Positions 22,470-32,263 of a stretch of DNA of 64,000 nucleotides are shown one piece after another (position 1 is the first letter of the stretch; every line of letters starts with the position of its first letter). The notes under the pieces were generated by a model. The model was not told the origin of the DNA, did not search any database, and saw only the letters and a list, made by a program, of their open reading frames with translations. A program made the translations under genes and the position numbers. Source of the DNA: Williopsis jadinii (Eukaryota); assembly GCA_024346625.1 (NCBI GenBank), contig AP024666.1, positions 310,001-374,000 of the forward strand. The letters are read 5' to 3'.

Positions 22470-25400
22470 ATGTCTGAGCTAACGCTGTATAACATCACGC
22501 TTGAAAGGCAATCTGCTTCGGTGCAATGTTGCTTAGGTAATTTCTCCGGTACGAAGAAACAAGAGATCATCACTGCCTCTTCCAATGAACTGGTTGTATA
22601 CAGAGTGGATTCATCGTCTGGTTCTTTACAGCAGCTGTTTACTTTTAAGCTGTTCTCCACTATCAGATCAATAGCACCTGTTAGGATTGCTGGCACAACC
22701 ACACACTACCTATGTGTGTCCTCCGATTCGGGGAATCTGACGGTGCTGTCGATGGATCTTCAGAACAAGAGGTTCACTGCTCTGTTCAATGAACCTCATT
22801 CCAAGAGCGGCATAAGAAGGCTAACACCATCCGAGATCACAGTGGACCCGAAGGGCAGGGCTGTGATGGTTTCAGCCATTGAGAAAAACAGACTTGTGTA
22901 TGTGATGAATAGAGATGACACCGGGTTGACGATTTCATCACCGTTGGAGGCTCATAGATCAAGGCATCTGTCGTTATCAACGGTGGCTCTAGATGTTGGG
23001 TATGAAAACCCCCAGTTTGCATCATTGGAAATCGACTACTCTGACTTGGAATTATCTGATATAGACATGAAGAAACAACTGACATTTTATGAATTGGATC
23101 TTGGTTTAAACCATGTCGTTAAGAAACATTCGGAACAAGTCCCAGAAACTTCAAATCTACTCATACCAGTCCCAGGTGGGAGCGATGGTCCAAGTGGTGT
23201 GTTGGTTTGCTCTTCAAACAAAATCTCATATCGTAACTTATATGGTGATAAACTATCCATTTCGATACCAGGGGAAGATGACACAGTTATAACCTACGGT
23301 GTATCTCATAAACTGAAAAATGAGTTCTTCTTTCTACTGCAAACAAACTATGGTGACTTGTTCAAATTGGAACTGTTAAAAGACATGTCACTATCCATAA
23401 GTTACTTTGATACCATACAACTGTGTACCTCCTTTGTTATTCTTAAATCAGGGTTCCTATATGCCGATGCAGAGACAGGTGATAAACAACTGTTCCAGTT
23501 CGAAAAGCTTGGTGGTGACATGACTTATAAATCAACAAATGATAACCCTGTGAGAACTTGGTTCGCAAGAACAGAGTTACAAAACCTATCACTTGTTGAC
23601 GTCGTCGAGTCACTGGCACCAATGATATCATCTCATATAACTCCTAACAAAAGCAGCAACTGCTTGTTCTCATTGAACGGAGTGAAAGACTCTTCTACAC
23701 TCAGGATGTTACAGTATGGTGTTTCGATATCGGAGATAGTAGAGCCTGATTTACCAGCCACTGCTACAAGATGCTTCACCACAAAGACTGATAAATCCGA
23801 TGAGTTTGACAAATATCTCATCATTTCATTCGAAGATAGAACTTTAGTGCTCACCATTGGAGAGTCCGTGGAAGAAGTTACAGATTCAGGAATTGATCTC
23901 TCTGTGGAGACTCTGGGAATCCAGCAAGCTGGTCAAAGTTCAATTCTCCAAATTCACAAAGATGGTGTTAACGTCATCAAGAATAACACCATTGTAAACC
24001 ATTGGTACCCACCAGCTGGTATCAAACTAACCGCATTGTCTTCAACAAATACACAGCTAGCACTTGGTTTGAGTAACGAAGACCTGGTCTATTTTGAAAT
24101 TGACCAAGATGATAACTTGATCGAATGGAATGAGCATAAACACATGTCTTGTAAGATCACGTCGATGTCATTAGGTGAGATTCCCGATGGACTTCGTAGG
24201 TCTTCGACATTAGTGGTTGGCTGTGCTGATTCTACAATTCGTGTTCTATCTACAGATCCAAAATCGACCTTAGAGTCGATATCATTGCAGGCATTGAGTT
24301 CAGTTCCATCAAGCTTACTAATTTGTAATATGAACAACCAACTATGTGTTCATATCGGACTGGAGAATGGTGTTTACGTCAGAACAGTTCTAGATGTGAA
24401 GTCAGGGGACTTGTCAAGTACAAAGCAGAAATACCTCGGTAACAGACCTGTCATTTTAACGAAAACAAGACTGAACAAAGAGAACGTTGTGATAGCATTA
24501 TCTGCAACCACATGGATTGTGCACGAGATGGAATCGTTCAAGGTCCAACCACTTTTGATCGAGCCATTGGCTTATTCTACAAGCTTCCATAGTGAGGATT
24601 GCCCAGAAGGTCTTGTTGGTGTTTATAAGAGGAAATTGGTTATCTGTACAATTGATTCTTTGGCCCAAACTTTCAAGAAAGACTCTCTACAGATACAAAC
24701 AACAGGTAAGCTGTTGTTAGAAGATGACAAATACCTCTATATCATTCTCAGTGGAGAAGGATCCTATATTCAAAAGTTCAACGAAAACACTAATGAGATT
24801 GAAAAGTCCGTTGAAATTCCCAAAGGAACCAAGATCGTGACCGCAAACATGGTACACTTCCAATCGAAGAATGCTAAGTACCTTGTATGCTCATCTACAG
24901 GCGAAGAGAATTTATTATCTGTCTACGATTTGAATGACTTATCTCTTATCCACTCCACCAAAATTCCAGAACAATGTCATTGTCTGGGAGAATTCCAGGG
25001 CAAGTTAATCGCAGGCTATGGTTCCTACTTGAGACTCTTCGACATGGGTGTCAAGCAACTTTTATCCAAGTCGAACACTCATTTAAAAACTTTATCATCT
25101 ATTGTGAGATTGGATGTTCAAGGCTCAAGAGTCGCAATTGGAGATATCCGAGACTCCATAACACTTGTGACATTTTCTCATGAGATGAACGCATTTGTCC
25201 TTTTTGTTGATGATATAGTAACTCGTTATGTAACATCCCTGAAATTCTTGGATTACAATACCGTCGTTGGTGGTGATAAATTTGGCAACGTTTTCGTACT
25301 TCGTGTACCTGAAAGTGCAAGTGATGATGACGTTGGGTACCTCTCAACGAAACCTCTCAGCACGAATGGTGCTCCATTCAAGTTCAATACACTGTGCCAG

Positions 25401-25769
25401 TTTTATCTTGATGACATCCCCATGTCTTTCCACAAAACAAATTTCACTCCAGGTGGTCGTGATATCATTGTATACACCTGCTTACTGGGCACAGTTGGTG
25501 CACTGATTCCCTTGATTACGATGAGTGATATCAAATTCTTAAAGTCCGTAGAGAAGGCTATGAGAGATTCATTGGAACTTCCAACTGGAAGAATGCATCT
25601 GAAGTATAGGGGTTACTATGCACCTGTTAAGAACGTCATCGATGGAGACTTACTCGAGCTGTTTGATACTCTGGACTCCAATTCACAAGATCTCGTAATT
25701 TCAGAAACTGGAAGAAAGAAAGAGGAGATTTCTAGAAGGGTGTACGATGTTAGACTTGGATCTCTCTAA
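22470..25769 (+). CDS. RSE1: SF3b subunit Rse1 (SF3B3)
   Basis: LYNITL, SDSG, KSGIRRL, DPKGRAVM, ISSPLEAH, DVGYENPQFASLE, FYELDLGLNHVV, YRGYYAPVKNVIDGDL. First ATG at 22470. Confidence 0.96.
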   Translation: MSELTLYNITLERQSASVQCCLGNFSGTKKQEIITASSNELVVYRVDSSSGSLQQLFTFKLFSTIRSIAPVRIAGTTTHYLCVSSDSGNLTVLSMDLQNKRFTALFNEPHSKSGIRRLTPSEITVDPKGRAVMVSAIEKNRLVYVMNRDDTGLTISSPLEAHRSRHLSLSTVALDVGYENPQFASLEIDYSDLELSDIDMKKQLTFYELDLGLNHVVKKHSEQVPETSNLLIPVPGGSDGPSGVLVCSSNKISYRNLYGDKLSISIPGEDDTVITYGVSHKLKNEFFFLLQTNYGDLFKLELLKDMSLSISYFDTIQLCTSFVILKSGFLYADAETGDKQLFQFEKLGGDMTYKSTNDNPVRTWFARTELQNLSLVDVVESLAPMISSHITPNKSSNCLFSLNGVKDSSTLRMLQYGVSISEIVEPDLPATATRCFTTKTDKSDEFDKYLIISFEDRTLVLTIGESVEEVTDSGIDLSVETLGIQQAGQSSILQIHKDGVNVIKNNTIVNHWYPPAGIKLTALSSTNTQLALGLSNEDLVYFEIDQDDNLIEWNEHKHMSCKITSMSLGEIPDGLRRSSTLVVGCADSTIRVLSTDPKSTLESISLQALSSVPSSLLICNMNNQLCVHIGLENGVYVRTVLDVKSGDLSSTKQKYLGNRPVILTKTRLNKENVVIALSATTWIVHEMESFKVQPLLIEPLAYSTSFHSEDCPEGLVGVYKRKLVICTIDSLAQTFKKDSLQIQTTGKLLLEDDKYLYIILSGEGSYIQKFNENTNEIEKSVEIPKGTKIVTANMVHFQSKNAKYLVCSSTGEENLLSVYDLNDLSLIHSTKIPEQCHCLGEFQGKLIAGYGSYLRLFDMGVKQLLSKSNTHLKTLSSIVRLDVQGSRVAIGDIRDSITLVTFSHEMNAFVLFVDDIVTRYVTSLKFLDYNTVVGGDKFGNVFVLRVPESASDDDVGYLSTKPLSTNGAPFKFNTLCQFYLDDIPMSFHKTNFTPGGRDIIVYTCLLGTVGALIPLITMSDIKFLKSVEKAMRDSLELPTGRMHLKYRGYYAPVKNVIDGDLLELFDTLDSNSQDLVISETGRKKEEISRRVYDVRLGSL

Positions 25770-25821
25770 CATAGAGTGATGGTGTAAAGAATATAGCAGT
25801 ATAATTCGGTATGTTAAACGT

Positions 25822-26610
25822 CTATGTGAACCTTCCTCTAAACATTTCCTTTATGATATTCTTATTGATGATGGTTTCTTGGATGATTCCATCAACATGT
25901 CGTGCTTCACATCTACCATACCAAATTGTGAGCCCATCTTCGTCAAAATACAATACATTTCCAGCGTACGCGTGTCCTCCGATGTGACTCACTAGGCCAA
26001 CCCTTACACCATGTGCATTGTCAATCGGATTATACAGCAATCCTCTTTGTTTGAGGTTTTCTCTAAACTCATTGTGTAGTATTGGTGCAATCAATCCACA
26101 ACGAATATCTCTTTGTTCATGTCCACAGATCAATACCAATTTACCCTGGAACGGTTGGCTTGGGATCTGTGAAGGGTCTCCATTAGGATTCAGAACTTGC
26201 TTCATAAATTCACTTGCATTTGAGCTTGAAACATCGTATACCTTTGAGTCCGGGAACACCAGCACGGTTCCTTCACTTTCCCTTTCCAATTGAATGTTTG
26301 AGATGAGCACAGGATGCATTGGATCAGTAGATGATCTCTTCGTCGCAGCCAACCTCGAAATGAGCTCATCAGGCATTAGCTCTACTTTTGACTTCCAATG
26401 AGAAGCCAACGTATCAGAGTACACAAGCGCATGCTTCCAGCTGATGGCTTTTGTACCGTAAAGAGGCTTTTCCACGTCAATTGGCTTATCCTCTGGATAT
26501 TGACACTCACACATCGTTGTTGGTGTTTGGATCGATGGTGCTGGACATGACGTCTCCACCAAATTGTACCTGCTTGAGAGCCGTAAAAGACAACGAGGAC
26601 TGAGTCGCAT
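25822..26610 (-). CDS. AIM32: Mitochondrial thioredoxin-like [2Fe-2S] ferredoxin
   Basis: LICGHEQRDIRCG and SHIGGHAYAGNV (Cys2His2 cluster ligands), WYGR, Arg-rich presequence. Adjacent to RSE1. Confidence 0.88.
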   Translation of the reverse strand: MRLSPRCLLRLSSRYNLVETSCPAPSIQTPTTMCECQYPEDKPIDVEKPLYGTKAISWKHALVYSDTLASHWKSKVELMPDELISRLAATKRSSTDPMHPVLISNIQLERESEGTVLVFPDSKVYDVSSSNASEFMKQVLNPNGDPSQIPSQPFQGKLVLICGHEQRDIRCGLIAPILHNEFRENLKQRGLLYNPIDNAHGVRVGLVSHIGGHAYAGNVLYFDEDGLTIWYGRCEARHVDGIIQETIINKNIIKEMFRGRFT

Positions 26611-26828
26611 ATCGATTGATTCGATAGCTGATTAGAGACTCGGCGACAACAAGGAAATTGGCATCCAATTAAGTATTAAAAGCAGATTAAAAGGATCCCA
26701 TATCGTTTGCAACGTCTGACATATCATTGTGCACATAAAAACCGATAAATTCGTCTAGCTCCTTATAGCTCCGCAAACTACCCAATATATCATATCGGTG
26801 ATAATATAATGTTATGGTATAGTCATTT

Positions 26829-27992
26829 CTAATATCCACGATCTAACAACTCCTTGATATCGTGTAATACTTTCCTCTCTTCCGGGTCTCTCAGTTCGTA
26901 GATAACCTCTGTGTTTTTATGTAATCCCAGTGTAATAGCCAGGTCTCTACACTTTGCTATACAATATGAGAGCTCGAGGTCCGACACCTTGTGAGAGAAC
27001 ATTCTAAACGTTGTTATCATCAATGTGGCCTGAAGAACCGTGAAAGAAGCCCTTGTTTCAATCTCACCAAGCTCAGCAGATATGTAGCTCGACCTCAGCA
27101 GATCCTGTTCAGGATCTTCCAGAGGGGTCCTCTTATAAAGTGAAACGATCTTCAACACCAAGAGGATGATCGAGAGTTCCACAAAGCAGTCCTTTTCCCT
27201 CAACCCATCAAGTTCTATGGTCCTTGTATGGATGTTGAAAAGAGAGTGGAAAGATTTCAGCAAAATGGGTTTAGATAGCAATGGTAGATACCTGTGGAAG
27301 TTGGTCGTGAAGTAATAGTTCAAATACTCCTCAACGTCTCGCAAATCTGGTAGTTTTGAGACAACGTTGGACAAGAAGAGCTGCTTTACAGTGGGATCAC
27401 TTGGGCACCTGAAGTACGTCATGAGTCTTGGATACTCCACGGAGGAATATACCTGGGCTGTGATATCTGTGAAATCCAACTTCAGGATCTGGTTTGTCCT
27501 GTTCCTTAACGGCGTCTCTATGGAGTCCTTCAAGAAGTGGTAATCCTTGATCACAAGCCTTGGTAATCCCTCAGTAGCACTTGAAGTATGCGAAGACGAG
27601 CCTGACGGGCTTGCCTCAAGCGAGTCAGTCTGGCGGTTTGCCGTGCGAGCCTGAGAATGAGCATCCCGCTCATTTTCCAAGTTGTGCTTCTTCTTGAAGA
27701 ACATGATAACGGTTCTATTCAGGTCGTTCACCTCAGCAACCAAGTCATCGTTCTCTTTTTTCAAAGCGTCGATATCCTCATACAACTTCTTCTCAGCTAC
27801 AATGATATCGATCCACGGCGACTTCGAATACGAACAGCTCTCCTGTGAACCTTTTGTAATGCAATTTTGACACACCGGTTTCCCATGGTCACATTTGATC
27901 TTCCTCCTACGGCACTCTGCACAGCTTAGAATGATCTTCTGACGTCTACTTACACCAGCCGAGCTCTTTCTTTTCCTGACTCTGGATGCCAT
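26829..27992 (-). CDS. Zn(II)2Cys6 transcription factor
   Basis: CAECRRRKIKCDHGKPVCQNCITKGSQESC, a coiled coil, and a middle homology region (HRYLPLL...AITLGLHK). Confidence 0.9.
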   Translation of the reverse strand: MASRVRKRKSSAGVSRRQKIILSCAECRRRKIKCDHGKPVCQNCITKGSQESCSYSKSPWIDIIVAEKKLYEDIDALKKENDDLVAEVNDLNRTVIMFFKKKHNLENERDAHSQARTANRQTDSLEASPSGSSSHTSSATEGLPRLVIKDYHFLKDSIETPLRNRTNQILKLDFTDITAQVYSSVEYPRLMTYFRCPSDPTVKQLFLSNVVSKLPDLRDVEEYLNYYFTTNFHRYLPLLSKPILLKSFHSLFNIHTRTIELDGLREKDCFVELSIILLVLKIVSLYKRTPLEDPEQDLLRSSYISAELGEIETRASFTVLQATLMITTFRMFSHKVSDLELSYCIAKCRDLAITLGLHKNTEVIYELRDPEERKVLHDIKELLDRGY

Positions 27993-28442
27993 CGCCTATA
28001 CGCTGGTTGCTGGTCCAAGTCAACAGTTAGTCGTCCCTTGTCGTCTTATCCATCCGCTCCCAAATCTCCAGTGCTGCTGCTGTTTAATACCAGTGCTAAT
28101 AACGGCTGCCGGTGTTACTGTCACGGGCTGCAGCCTGGTAGAGCGCACGTATCCCAAATAGGCAATCGTGGGCCGGGTGTGGATTACGTAAGAACTTACA
28201 TAAGCAAACGTGCTGTTTGGTTTTCATTTTCTGTGAAAAAATTTTCGCCACGTTTGTTGCCCCAGTGACCGTCTTAAAGACCACCACCACAACACCAACA
28301 ACAAACTGTTTCTTTTTTACATCACGTTTTTCTCACGTGGTTGAACCTCCCTTCCCCTTTTCCCTCTCTCACTACTGGCCCAGTGGTGAAGGGAAAACAA
28401 GCTGTGAAAATCAACCAAACGGGAAGGACGTTTTAGAGAGAG

Positions 28443-29126
28443 ATGGCAGGGACTAAACGGATCTCCGAACACACAGAGCAAGATGGTGCTAAGAAGCCAA
28501 AAACCGTAGGCGAGAGCGAAGACGTTGAGCTTGTTGAGAAGGCGAACGGCAGGGAAGACGGTGGGGACGAGGGACACCACAATATTGATTCTGAGCTAAT
28601 CACCAGAGATACAGAGCTTGTAAGAGAAGCAGGGCACTCAGAGTCGAAGGGTGAGGCCGGAAATGAGTCCTGCCACAGTGACGACTCTGTTCGGCTTGTG
28701 TCGAAGGAGCCAGCGCCGGTAGGCGATGGTGAGGAAACTGAGAAGCCAGGCTCTGCCGGAGAGTTGAACGACAAGCCTGCACCTGGTTCGGCTGATTGGC
28801 ACAAGCAGAGAAAGGATAATCACAAGGAGGTGGAGAGACGTAGAAGGGAGAATATCAACGCCGGCATCAAGGAGCTGGCTATGCTGCTGCCATCTGCTGA
28901 AACGAACAAGTCGCAGATCTTGCAACGCGCGAGTGAATACATCAAGCGACTCAAGGAAAATGAACAGAACAACATTGAAAAGTGGACGCTCGAGAAGCTT
29001 TTGAACGATCAGGCTCTGACAGAGCTGACCGCTTCTAATGAGAAGCTCAAGACAGAGCTCGAAAGAGCTTATAGGGAGGTGGAGCACTGGAAGAAAGTGT
29101 GCTCAATCGCTAAGGATGAGAAGTGA
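28443..29126 (+). CDS. CBF1: bHLH-zipper centromere/promoter factor 1
   Basis: RKDNHKEVERRRRENINAGIKELAMLLP...KSQILQRASEYIKRLKENEQNNIEKWTLEKLL. Confidence 0.95.
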   Translation: MAGTKRISEHTEQDGAKKPKTVGESEDVELVEKANGREDGGDEGHHNIDSELITRDTELVREAGHSESKGEAGNESCHSDDSVRLVSKEPAPVGDGEETEKPGSAGELNDKPAPGSADWHKQRKDNHKEVERRRRENINAGIKELAMLLPSAETNKSQILQRASEYIKRLKENEQNNIEKWTLEKLLNDQALTELTASNEKLKTELERAYREVEHWKKVCSIAKDEK

Positions 29127-29253
29127 GATGGCTGATTATCCTGTTTCTCATGCCCATCAGTCTTGACGTGTACTGTTTTTTCTGTAACGTTATTAATCCT
29201 CTAATTTAAGTGTCGTAAAGTAGTATAAACACAGGCCTATGTAAAAGTAGTTG

Positions 29254-30339
29254 ATGAAAATCGATTATTCCCGTTACAACAAACCAGCAAGCTACAGCGT
29301 CGGTGGAAATATGCCTCGCTTACGTATTGCTACGCTCCAGCTCAATCCCAGGATCCCTGCTGTGAAGGACAACATCGCAAAGGCTGAAAAGATCCTCTCA
29401 TTGGCATTCCCAAAGAATGAAAGCCCAGATCTGTTGATCTTGCCGGAGATGGCACTCTGTGGTTATAACTATTCCTCACCAGCGCAGGTCAAGCCTGTTC
29501 TGGAGTCCGTGGAAACACCCGGTCCAATGCTGAGATGGGCCGAAGATATCAGTAAAAAGTACGGTTGCTTCATTGTCATGGGATACCCAGAGTGGTGCTC
29601 CAAACAGCAACAGATCTTCAACTCTGCCGTGGTTCTTGACAAGTCGGGGCAAGTGATACATCGATACAGGAAGTCGTTCTTGTACGAGACTGACGAGGTT
29701 TGGGGATGCGTCGAAGGTCCTGGGTTCAAGAGCTTCCAACTATGCGACGGTGTAAAGGCCAGTATTGGTATCTGTATGGACTTGAATCCTTATCAATTCA
29801 AAGCACCCTTCACTGACTTTGAGTTCTCATCGCATTGCTATGAGGAAGGTACCAACCTCATCATCTGTCCAATGAACTGGTTGCACGGCAAGAGCCCAAG
29901 TGTGCAAGAAGGATTGACAAGCGATGAGAAATTGGGCCTGGCTACTGAGTTACAAGGGGCGCTGGATGAAGTTGATGGAGAAATCGTCGTGAACGACAAG
30001 GGAAGTCCTATTAGAGAATACGAGGAGAATTTGGCGTACCAAGACCTTCATGAGCCAGACTTTCACAATTTGAACTACTGGTTGCTGAGATTCTTCCCAT
30101 TCATGAACCATGCTAGGAAACCAGCGACATTTGATGGGAAGACTACAGTGGTTTATTGCAATAGATCTGGACTCGAGGATACCATTCTGTATGGTGGAAC
30201 TTCGAGTATCGTCCAGTTCAACGGTTCAAAGGGGCTTCTCGGCTACAATTCCATAGATTTAACAAACAAGAGCGTTGATGTTCTTGGAGCCCTCGGAAAA
30301 GGAGACGAAGGAATTCTAATTCGTGAGGTGGATATCTAA
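29254..30339 (+). CDS. NTA1: Protein N-terminal amidase (nitrilase fold)
   Basis: E-K-C triad motifs LPEMALCGY, YRKSFLYETDE and GICMDLNPY. The start could be ATG 29311. Confidence 0.92.
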   Translation: MKIDYSRYNKPASYSVGGNMPRLRIATLQLNPRIPAVKDNIAKAEKILSLAFPKNESPDLLILPEMALCGYNYSSPAQVKPVLESVETPGPMLRWAEDISKKYGCFIVMGYPEWCSKQQQIFNSAVVLDKSGQVIHRYRKSFLYETDEVWGCVEGPGFKSFQLCDGVKASIGICMDLNPYQFKAPFTDFEFSSHCYEEGTNLIICPMNWLHGKSPSVQEGLTSDEKLGLATELQGALDEVDGEIVVNDKGSPIREYEENLAYQDLHEPDFHNLNYWLLRFFPFMNHARKPATFDGKTTVVYCNRSGLEDTILYGGTSSIVQFNGSKGLLGYNSIDLTNKSVDVLGALGKGDEGILIREVDI

Positions 30340-30351
30340 ATGCGGCTCCAT

Positions 30352-31779
30352 CTATTGGAGAGCAACACCATCAACACATCCAAACCCTGCAGCAACACCA
30401 CCTTCGTTGGAGCTTGAGAATTTCGATCTCAACAACCAGCCAGCATCAGAGTTTTTGATAACCTCACCAGTCGATTGGTCGAATAAGATGGTGCCGAAAC
30501 GGCCAAGCTCAGAAACTATCTCATCTGTAAATACCTCACCCTCACGGACGAGTTTATTCTTATTCAGAGGTGGATGGATCAATTGCATTAGAATGTAACC
30601 TTGCCATTCATCTTCTGGAATAGATCTTAAGAAACCAGGTATATCTTCTTTGTAAATGTTATTACCACCACCTTCACGCTGAGGCTTCAACACGTACTCC
30701 TCTGGAGACTCAAATGCCAGTCTTTTAGCCTCTTTACCAAGATCTGAACCATCCAATGGGTATATCTTGACAAATGTTGACACCAACTCGGAGACATCAG
30801 ACTTAATAAACTTGGAGAGTACCTTCTCATCCGTCAAGATTTGTTGAATTTTCTTTGCACCACTCAACTGGGTCAGCAATGAAGGAGCCTTGATGGCCAA
30901 TGTAGTCTCCAACGTTACACGGTTTGTCCAATCCTGGTCAGTTTTGAAGTCTGTTGGTGCATATCCGGATCTAAAGTACACAACTGATACTTCCTCATCC
31001 GTGCTGTTCAGGAACAAACGACGGTCATGGTCAACACGAGTCTTATCTGTAAGCTCATGTAACGTGATACGACGTGATACGATTCCGTGGTTTTTTAACA
31101 GTGAGTATTCCAAATGACGTTGATCAAAGACATTACGCTCACCTTCTTGAACAATAACAAGCACAACGGTATCCTTGGTGCCCTGGCTCTTGTTATAGTG
31201 CTTAACACCATCAGCTAAACCATCTGCAAGCTTTACAGAAGATTCAGACACCGGGATTGTCTCGTCTGTATAGAACTTTGAAGCACTACTTGTGTAGTAA
31301 CCAGAGTCATTCAAGTACTTGTGCAAATCACCAACTTTGGTGCTTAGTCCTCCAAAGCTCACACTGACGGTGTTGAATTCAACCTGCTTGATTTGGTCAT
31401 GATCAAGCATATAGTCCGATCTAAAGACACCGAGGGAAACGCTTTGCTTAATGCCAATTTCCTTTGCCTTCTTGTAACTCTCCCATAGCTTACCGGTGAA
31501 TCCTGCATCGAATTGGGCAAACGAGTCTAAAACAGCACTCAGCCACTCAACATCACTCGAGACCTTAGCGTAGAGTTCATTGAACTTCTCCTGTACCATC
31601 TGGGCCTTCTCAAACGCCTGTTGAGGGAATGGTGTTGGGTACAACGTTACTGGAGCAGCGACTGGGGAGTGTGGCTTAAATCCAACTGGATACATCACCA
31701 ACCCATTGGATAGGGCATAGTGGTGCAATGCATGGACCAGATCATCCTCCTGGCCCTCAGATAACTGAGGAATACTCAT
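30352..31779 (-). CDS. GSH2: Glutathione synthetase
   Basis: LGVFRSDYM, KQVEFNTVSVSFGG, VLKPQREGGGNN, EGGVAAGFG. Confidence 0.97.
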   Translation of the reverse strand: MSIPQLSEGQEDDLVHALHHYALSNGLVMYPVGFKPHSPVAAPVTLYPTPFPQQAFEKAQMVQEKFNELYAKVSSDVEWLSAVLDSFAQFDAGFTGKLWESYKKAKEIGIKQSVSLGVFRSDYMLDHDQIKQVEFNTVSVSFGGLSTKVGDLHKYLNDSGYYTSSASKFYTDETIPVSESSVKLADGLADGVKHYNKSQGTKDTVVLVIVQEGERNVFDQRHLEYSLLKNHGIVSRRITLHELTDKTRVDHDRRLFLNSTDEEVSVVYFRSGYAPTDFKTDQDWTNRVTLETTLAIKAPSLLTQLSGAKKIQQILTDEKVLSKFIKSDVSELVSTFVKIYPLDGSDLGKEAKRLAFESPEEYVLKPQREGGGNNIYKEDIPGFLRSIPEDEWQGYILMQLIHPPLNKNKLVREGEVFTDEIVSELGRFGTILFDQSTGEVIKNSDAGWLLRSKFSSSNEGGVAAGFGCVDGVALQ

Positions 31780-31972
31780 CTTTCACAATCTCAACGCTCA
31801 AGCAAGCGGATGTGTTGCTGGTTGTATTGGCTACTTAAGGTGTAAATTGATGGGCGAACACGGTGATGTGATCGAGCATCGCATTATTTTACCTAGTTGG
31901 GTATAAAGCCCGAAGAGTGATCATGTGTCCCCTACCAAAAATATTACTAATACGGAAAATTGTCAAAAAAAA

Positions 31973-32045
31973 TGGACGAGTCCGGAGTCGAACCGGAGAC
32001 CTTTCGCATGCTAAGCGAACGCGCTACCAACTACGCCACACGCCC
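31973..32045 (-). tRNA. tRNA-Ala (AGC), intronless
   Basis: Minus strand GGGCGTGTGGCGTAGTTGGTAGCGCGTTCGCTTAGCATGCGAAAGGTCTCCGGTTCGACTCCGGACTCGTCCA. Cloverleaf, G3-U70, A and B boxes, followed by a T8 Pol III terminator (31965-31972). Confidence 0.98.
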
Positions 32046-32263
32046 TTTTCGGTTGAAATCATTTTGAGACTGTTATCCCCACGCTGATCGTGCTCAGCTC
32101 ATCCGTCACCACACGACTCGTACGATGAGATGCCCGAGGTTTCGAAGACGAGCAGTTTGAAGAAAAAGTTTTTGACACATTTCTGAGCCAATTCACCCAT
32201 TTTTCCTTGAATTTGGAGAAGCTGTGGTGGAGAAGTGTTTTTCGTTGATTGATACCGTGCAAG

